A DNA stretch of 64,000 nucleotides from an uncultured Gemmatimonadales bacterium. GTDB lineage: Bacteria; Gemmatimonadota; Gemmatimonadetes; Gemmatimonadales; GWC2-71-9. Where the stretch lies: NCBI GenBank assembly GCA_963842945.1, contig CAWJIM010000006.1:1-64000 (forward strand), in the 5' to 3' direction. Below, in pieces: positions 57,111-64,000 of the stretch. The first letter of the stretch is position 1; each line of letters starts with the position of its first letter. Below the pieces are notes generated by a model. It searched no databases, was not told the DNA's origin, and worked only from the letters and a program-made list of their open reading frames with translations. The position numbers were made by a program, and so were the translations under genes.

Positions 57111-58834
57111 ATGGCGCGAGGAAATCGGGCATACCTGGCGATTCTCATCGCGCTGTCGGTCGCGCTCTGGCTTCCCCGCCTGCGGGGGCCGCTCGACCTC
57201 CGCTATGACGCCGGCGTGTACTACGTCCTCGGCACGTCGTTGGCCGAGGGCAGGGGTTATCGGATCCTGAGTGAGCCCGGCGCGATCCAGGCAGTACAGT
57301 ACCCACCTCTACTCCCAGCGTTGGTTGCAGTGCACCAGCGGCTCGCCGGAACCAGTGATCCGGCGATTGTCGGCCATTGGCTTCGAATCACCTACGCCGT
57401 TGTGTTCCTTGCCTACATCGCTGGCCGCATACTTTCTGGCCATCCGTTTTCTGCCGCCCAGGTTCGCTTTTCTCGTGGGCTGATCACCCTGCTCCACGTC
57501 CATACCAGTTGGATGTCGGATCTGTTGTTTGCCGAGATTCCGTTTGCGCTGACCACTATGCTCTTCCTGCTCGCCGCCTCGAGTGGGGGTCGGGCTCAGC
57601 GAGCACTCGGCGGGCGTACTGGCGACGACGAGCTACTTGCTCCGAAGCATCGGCATCGCCGCCCTGCTCGCCTGGGTTGCGGAAAGCTTCCTGCGACGGA
57701 ATCCCCGGCAGCTGCATCGCGCGTGCAGCGGTGTGCCTCGTTCCCGTTATTCGGCTGGCAACTCTACATCGGCCAGGTGCAGGCCAGCCCGGAATACGCT
57801 CATCCGACATATGCGTATCAGCGAGCGCCGTATCAGTACTACAACGTGAGTTATCTGGAAAACATCCGCTACGTCGATCCCTTCGTGCCGGAGCTTGGCA
57901 CCGTCTCGGCCGTCGCTATGGCGACACGAATGGGCAGCAGCGTTGGTCCGGATGCCGGCCAGCTTGGGTGAGGCGGTGAGCTCGCGAGCGCGAGTGGTCT
58001 GAGTCTCAGATCAAGCGACTCAATGCTGAGGTATTGGCGACCCCGATTCCGCTATGGATCGTACAGGTTCCTCTGGTATTGCTCGGGCGTGCTCTCCCTG
58101 AGCGGCCTGGTGCTCCTGGCCCAGAGCCGGCGAGTGGCTTATCCCACTGTACGTCCTTGGCTCGATCGTCCTGGTGGGACTGACGCCCTGGCCCGGACAG
58201 TTCGAGCGATATCTGGCCCCTCTCACTCCCATACTGGCTCTGCGGTCTTCTCGTCAGTTTGCTTAAGCTTGCGTTCTCGGCTCTCCACAACCTCGAAGCC
58301 ATGGGCCGGCGCCTTGGGCCGGTGCTTCTGGTAACGGTGCTCGTTGGAGTGCTGGGCCAGGAGAGCTTCGCGATTTACAAGGTCTACACCAAGCAGCACC
58401 GCGAGGTCGACTACCGGGATCGCCGGTGGACGGCTCCACGAGCAACGACTCTTCTTCTATACCCCGGCCTGGCGGACCCACGATGCAGCACTGGATTGGC
58501 TGCGCCGGGTCGTGCGGCCAGAAGACATCATCGCGACATCCACTCCCCACTGGGCATACCTCAAGACCGGGTCGCGCGCCATCCTGCCGCCGTTCGAAGC
58601 GGACGTTCGTGCCGCGCGCCGACTGCTTGAGGCAGTGCCGGTACGATATTTGGTGGTGGACAGTCTGGAGTTCGTCGATGTCAGTCGACGCTACGCAGCC
58701 CCGGTGGCCCGGGCATATTCCCAGCGAGTGGCAACTGATTTATTCGTCAGCCGGACAGCACGTCGCGAATCTATCGGCGGGCAGACGTTCCTGCCGTCGC
58801 AATGAAGGTGCTACCCTCAATGGGAATAAAGTAG
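57111..58834 (+). CDS. GT-C fold membrane glycosyltransferase; heavily frameshifted
   Basis: DLRYDAGVYYVLGTSLAEGRGY, YPPLLP, AEIPF, RYL; multi-TM; end approximate. Confidence 0.65.
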
Positions 58835-60392
58835 AGTACATCGGCGGACTTCAGTTTTCGTTGTTGCAGAAGTTTGGCGTGCTCACGCAGCCAATCCTCC
58901 TCCGGTGCGGGTTGGCCGAGATGATGCACCCGAACCAGGACTACGCGGCGGTGGCCAGGAAGAAGAGCCTCGAGGTCCTGCGGTATCTGCCGGCGGTCGG
59001 AGCTGCCCGATCCACGCCGCCAGCGGAACGTTGACGGTCATGTACCGAGCGACCCCGAGCACTCCCGAAGGGATCGAGTGCACGATGATCAGGTCCCCTG
59101 GGCGCGCGTCGGTCGGACAGGCTCGCGGCCGACTTGTACGTAAGGCTCCCAGGACCGTGGGTCTTGAAAGACTGCCCGGATGCCTGGCAGCCAGGCAACG
59201 AGGATGAGTCCCAGGAATCACAATTTGTTGCACGGCGAGGAAGGCGGCTCAGCGCGAATCCGAGGAGTAGCATCGCAGCGGGCAGCCCGGCTAGAGCATA
59301 GCGCGCCATGAGCGAGGCAAAGGTGCCCCGCAGCAGATCGAACGCGAGTGGTCCAACGCAGGCGGCGAACAGCCCAGAGCCAGAGCAGCTCGCAGGGGCG
59401 GCGAGAAGAGGGGCCGAACGCCGCGCCGCCAGACCGCCCAGGCCAGGACGCACGAACAGATGCGGCGAGGAGGCGGTCCGATCCAGCGGGAGCCGCCCCA
59501 GATTCCTCGGCCCGCAACCAGGTTCCAGCCCAGAAGGATCGGAGCGCTGAGCGCTTGAGCAACCGACAGTGGCCCGTTTAGCCAGGAGCCGGTGACTCGC
59601 CATCGGCCAAGGCTGGCGGGGACTTGCACATACCAGGGCACTAACAGCGCAATCGTGACGAGCACGCCAGCGGCTTGGTAGGACCGCGCGATCCGCCCCG
59701 GGTGCAGGACGAGCCAGAGCACACCCGCCGCCCACACGAAGGCAAAGAAGTAGTGGGTGAGAAAGCCGGCCACGGCAGTCACAATCCATGCGAGCAGCGT
59801 TGCTCGTTCGAGCGCCGCGGTCGTGCAGTCTCAAGGTGAGCCAGATAAACGCGACGGCCAGGAACCACAGCATGGCATACATCCGCCCTTCGACCGAGTA
59901 ATAGAGGCTTGGAGGAGCGAGCGTATACAGGAGCGCTGACGAGAATGCAGCCGGTGGGCCTCCTACACGCTCGGCAAGCAGCCAGATCAGGGGGAAGGCT
60001 GCCAAGGCCCAGAGCACCGAAAAGAGACGCAGGGCGAGGTCGGAGGTGCCGGCCCTCCGGGTCCACAGGTTCAGCAGCAAGTAGTAGAGTGGTGGGCTCG
60101 TGTCGGAGAGCTGGACGGCCCGGATGACGCGGCGAGCGCCGGCCGGCGGGTTCTCATGCTCCAGGTACCGAGCGTACGCGGCGGGCGGCTGAGCCTCGCG
60201 CTGCTCCACGAAGTCGCCCTGGGCGGGGTCAGCGTCAGCCGCGGGATGCTCCAGACTGTGTCCTGTAGCCATGGCGAGGGAGAACAGCTCGTCGGCCCAG
60301 AGCCCCCGCTCGCCGGCGAGGACGAAACGCAGCACGACGGCCACGCCGAACAGGAGAAGAGCCGAAAGCATGCGCCTCGATCGAGGACTCAA
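58771..60392 (-). CDS. GT-C (PMT_2-like) membrane glycosyltransferase; frameshifted
   Basis: GLWADELFS, DTSPPLYY, LRLFS, EGRMY, THYF. Confidence 0.8.
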
Positions 60393-60485
60393 GCGATCGG
60401 CTCCGGATCAACTGGGAGATTCATTGACCGGGAAAATAGGGAGAGAGCCAGAGGTCAACCAGACGCTGGAGCCAGAGCTCTAGCC

Positions 60486-61865
60486 ATGGGGACTCCTCGA
60501 GTGGTGGTCCTGGGAGGCGGGCTTTCGGGGATGGCGGCAGCCTATACCCTGGCGCGGGCCGGCGTCGGCGACGTCACCCTGCTCGAAGCCGGTGGCACCC
60601 TCGGTGGTCTGGCCGGGAGCTTCGAGCGGGAGGGTCACTTTTACCCACTAGGGTATCATCACATCCTTCACCGCGACCGAGCGCTTCTTTATTTCCTTGA
60701 ATTGATCGGCGCCCTCCCCGACGTAGTGTGGCGCCGCATCCAGATGCTGTTCCATCTCGGTGGCCAGGCGTATGATCTCGCCAGCCCGAGCGGCTTTCTG
60801 CGCTTTCCCATGAGCCTTGCCGATAAAGCGCGGTTTGTGCGCCTCATGGTGAAGGCCTTCAGCCAGCCCGACTGGACCGGCTGGCAGGACCGAAGTGCCG
60901 CCGAACTCGTGGATCATTACGGCAGTGCCGGCGTCCGGCAAGCGCTCTTCGAGCGTCTCACTCGACTGAAGTTCGACTTGCCCTGTCAAGAAGTCAGCGG
61001 TGCGTGGCTCGGTGCCCGGCTCCATTTCCGCGAAGGCTCCGCTCCACTGGGCTACATCCCTCGCGCCAACTGGACCAAGGTGCTGTGCGATGGAGTCACC
61101 CAGCTGCTCCAGGAGACTGGCATCCACATCCGACTCCGGGCGCCAGTTGCCCGCCTCCACACCAGCCAGGCTCGGGTGGTAGAAGCGGAGCTGGAGAGCG
61201 GGGAGCGCATTTCCGGTGATTTCTTCATCAGTACCGTTCCTACCCGCACCTACCTGGGGCTGGTGCCGGAGGATACCACCCCGCAGCTCAGCCGCATTCG
61301 CTACACTGCGCTGATCTCCGCCATATGTGCGACTCGGCAGGCAGTGACGCCGCAGGCATACTGGAACAACTTGGCGTCACTGGACCGAACGGCGGGAGCG
61401 ATCTTTCTGCTCAATGCGCTCAATCCCACCATAGGCCGGGAGGGTGATACCTGCGTCAATTTCGTGACCCACCTCCCCGGATGTGACCACCCGCTCTTCA
61501 GGGTGCCGAAGGACCAGCTGATGGCCCGATATGCCGACGATTTTCGCGCGGTGTTCGGATTCGAGCTGCAGCCGTTCTGGACCCACATCTCCAGAGTGGA
61601 GATGTACTCGCCCGTGTTCGATCGTGGGTTCCGGAATCCGCCGATGATGAGCACATCATGGGGCAACGTGTACTTCGCCGGGAACTACCGCACGTTTCCT
61701 TCGATTGTATCGACCGGCACCGCCCTGGGCTCCGGCGTAGCCACCGGGAGCGCACTGCTCCGGGAGCTAGGCCAGGCGTCGGGCTTGGCAGAGTCCATCG
61801 CGAACTTTCGCCTGCGCTCCATGCCCCGTGCGAACCCGTTAAAGGACCCAAGAGCCCAGCTATGA
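60486..61865 (+). CDS. FAD-dependent oxidoreductase (amine oxidase/HemY-like fold) in the glycan cluster
   Basis: VVLGGGLSG, LEA..LGGLA, GYHH, NVYFAG. Confidence 0.8.
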   Translation: MGTPRVVVLGGGLSGMAAAYTLARAGVGDVTLLEAGGTLGGLAGSFEREGHFYPLGYHHILHRDRALLYFLELIGALPDVVWRRIQMLFHLGGQAYDLASPSGFLRFPMSLADKARFVRLMVKAFSQPDWTGWQDRSAAELVDHYGSAGVRQALFERLTRLKFDLPCQEVSGAWLGARLHFREGSAPLGYIPRANWTKVLCDGVTQLLQETGIHIRLRAPVARLHTSQARVVEAELESGERISGDFFISTVPTRTYLGLVPEDTTPQLSRIRYTALISAICATRQAVTPQAYWNNLASLDRTAGAIFLLNALNPTIGREGDTCVNFVTHLPGCDHPLFRVPKDQLMARYADDFRAVFGFELQPFWTHISRVEMYSPVFDRGFRNPPMMSTSWGNVYFAGNYRTFPSIVSTGTALGSGVATGSALLRELGQASGLAESIANFRLRSMPRANPLKDPRAQL

Positions 61866-62781
61866 CCACACTCGATCTCAGAGCGCCCGCAAGATCCCAG
61901 TGGTTCGCACTAGCCCGATGCTCTCAGGATCCATCAATGGGTCAAGAATCTTCTGGTCTTGGTGCCCGTGTTGTTGGATCACAAGGTGTCGGATCCCGGT
62001 GTGGTGTTCAAAGCCCTGATCGCCTTCGCCGCATTCTGCTTCGCAGCGTCGGGCGCGTACATCATGAACGACCTGCTCGACCACAGAGCCGACCGCCATC
62101 ATCCGACCAAACGCCACCGTCCATTCGCGGCGGAGACTCTCAGCCGCCCGTTCGGGGTGCTGATGGTGCCGCTGCTGTTCGCAGCGGCCCTGCTGTGTTC
62201 TTTGGGGCTGGCACCCGAATTCGTCCTGCTGCTCACGCTGTATGTGGTGCTGACCACGGCCTACTCCGTCTTTCTCAAGCGGGTCGCGGTCCTCGACGTT
62301 CTCCTCCTGGCCGGCCTCTACAGCTTACGGGTGTTGGCCGGCGTGGCCGCCACCCATGTACGGTTCTCGACCTGGCTCCTGGCGTTTTCGATGTTTCTCT
62401 TCCTGAGTCTCGCATTTCTGAAACGGTATGCCGAGCTGAGTCAGCTTGCAGGAAGGAGCGGAGGAGGCTGTGGCTCGTCGGGGGTATCTCCGTGGTGACC
62501 GCGAGTGGCTCGCATCAATGGGCGGCTCCAGTGGCTACATATCGGTTCTGGTCCTGGCACTCTATATCAATAGCGATCAAGTCGTGGCGCTGTACCATCG
62601 TCCATTGCTGCTCTGGTTGATCTGTCCACTGCTCCTTCTCTGGATCAGCCGGATGTGGCTACTGGCTCACCGGGGTCGAATCCATCAGGATCCCATCGTC
62701 GCGGCGGTCCGTGACCCCGCCAGTTATGGCATCGGAACATTGGTGGCCCTGATCATGTACGTTGCAGCCTATCCCCTCTAA
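61862..62781 (+). CDS. UbiA-family polyprenyl-phosphate phosphoribosyltransferase (DPPR synthase-like); frameshifted
   Basis: HQWVKNLLV, YIMNDLLD..ADRHHPTKRHRPFA, YSVFLKR, KRYAEL, DPI..AVRD. Confidence 0.88.
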
Positions 62782-62791
62782 CTCACCGACC

Positions 62792-64000
62792 TTGCAAGTG
62801 CACCAGTCCTGGGGACGGTACCCCCGAGCCGAACACACCAGTGTCGTCCCGGTTCTCTGGCGTTCCGACCCGCCCGCGCTGTCTGAAGTTCCCGGGAAGC
62901 TGCTCCCATTCGCCTACGGACGCAGCTACGGCGACAGCTGCCTGAATGCCGGAGGCGCCCTCCTGGATGTCTCTCGGTTGCGGCGGTTTATCAGCTTCGA
63001 TGAAGCTCGCGGAGTTCTGCGCTGCGAGGCCGGGGTCACCCTCGCGGAAGTCCTGGCACTCATCGTCCCCCGGGGTTGGTTCGTTCCCGTGGTTCCCGGT
63101 ACCAAGTGGGTATCCATTGGCGGGGCAATCGCCAACGACGTTCATGGCAAAAATCATCACCGGGCCGGAACCTTCGGCGCTCATGTGACGTGCTTCGAGC
63201 TGGTGCGATCCACGGGCGAGCGAATTCTTTGCTCGCCGGACCGCAACATCGAGTTGTTCCGGGCCACTATCGGCGGGCTGGGCCTGACTGGCCTCATTCT
63301 CTGGGCTGAGTTCCGCCTCAAGAGAATACCCGGACCCCGGATCGCTATGGAGCGGATTCGGTTTTCCAACCTGAGCGAGTTCCTCCAGCTCTCCCGCGAT
63401 GACCAGGAATACGAATACACTGTTGCGTGGATCGACTGCCTGGCGCGGGGACGAGCTCTGGGGCGGGGATTGTTCCTGCGGGGTGATCATGTCGCCGGGG
63501 CCGGCCGGGTGCAGCGTGACGACGGTCCGGCCGTCAGCGTTCCGGGCAATCTCCCTTCAGGCCTGATCTGCCGGGCCACGATGAGGGCCTTCAATACGTT
63601 TTACTACCACGCCCAGGTCCGAAGGAGGCAGAGCAGAACGCTTTCGTACGAGCCATTTTTCTTTCCGCTGGACGGCATCGGCGCATGGAACCGGCTCTAT
63701 GGCGGGAAGGGATTTCTTCAATATCAATGCGTGACGGCGGGAGACTCGGAGAGTGCGATGACGGAGCTGCTGGAGCAGGTAGCGCGCTCGGGTGAAACCC
63801 CATCGCTCGCCGTCCTCAAGAAGTTCGGCCGAATTCCCTCCCCCGGAATGCTCTCATTCCCCCGCCCAGGCATAACCCTCGCCATCGATTTTGCGATGCG
63901 GGGCTCTAGCACCCTGAACCTCCTGGAGCGACTCGATCAGATTGTTGCCCAAGCCGGCGGAGCGGTCTACCCCGCCAAAGACGCGCGAATGAGTGGCCCC
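62792..64000 (+). CDS. DprE1-like FAD oxidoreductase (polyprenylphosphoryl-ribose 2'-oxidase), cut by the window end
   Basis: Read directly (absent from the ORF track): QSWGRYP, GRSYGDSCLN, PVVPGTKWVSIGGAIANDVHGKNHH, TIGGLGLTG, FFPLD, GFLQYQ, VYPAKDARM. Confidence 0.88.
   Translation, partial: MQVHQSWGRYPRAEHTSVVPVLWRSDPPALSEVPGKLLPFAYGRSYGDSCLNAGGALLDVSRLRRFISFDEARGVLRCEAGVTLAEVLALIVPRGWFVPVVPGTKWVSIGGAIANDVHGKNHHRAGTFGAHVTCFELVRSTGERILCSPDRNIELFRATIGGLGLTGLILWAEFRLKRIPGPRIAMERIRFSNLSEFLQLSRDDQEYEYTVAWIDCLARGRALGRGLFLRGDHVAGAGRVQRDDGPAVSVPGNLPSGLICRATMRAFNTFYYHAQVRRRQSRTLSYEPFFFPLDGIGAWNRLYGGKGFLQYQCVTAGDSESAMTELLEQVARSGETPSLAVLKKFGRIPSPGMLSFPRPGITLAIDFAMRGSSTLNLLERLDQIVAQAGGAVYPAKDARMSGP

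Overview
GC-rich bacterial window. A Gemmatimonadota-like origin is inferred from high-GC SusC/SusD genes and several 'LADRYRVERELG.GGMA'-type Ser/Thr kinases. Many genes are split by single-base frameshifts that look like uncorrected long-read indels, so many boundaries are approximate. Layout: (1) 1-20.7 kb is an apparent D-amino-acid/D-peptide utilisation locus. It holds four SxxK serine hydrolases (one fused to a VanX/DdpX D,D-dipeptidase), an N-acyl-D-amino-acid deacylase, an NSAR/OSBS + GNAT + M20 D-to-L conversion cassette, an APC permease, a GntR regulator and a SusC/SusD pair. A TGTATACA palindrome occurs at all three divergent gene junctions. (2) 20.7-25.8 kb holds AsmA plus an ArnC/LAB_N/ArnT-like lipid A modification operon. 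(3) 26-35 kb holds a kinase-propeller receptor, decayed signalling genes and a trypsin-like lipoprotein. (4) 35-42 kb holds msrB/msrA downstream of a HAMP-Ser/Thr kinase and a cupredoxin, a divergent porin, a GNAT and an MBL hydrolase. (5) 42-51 kb is a cyclic beta-1,2-glucan synthase. (6) 51-64 kb is a surface glycan cluster with Wzm/Wzt, GT-C enzymes and UbiA/DprE1-like genes. Short 7- and 8-mer tandem arrays occur between genes and inside coding sequences. No rRNA, tRNA, CRISPR array or transposase was recognised.
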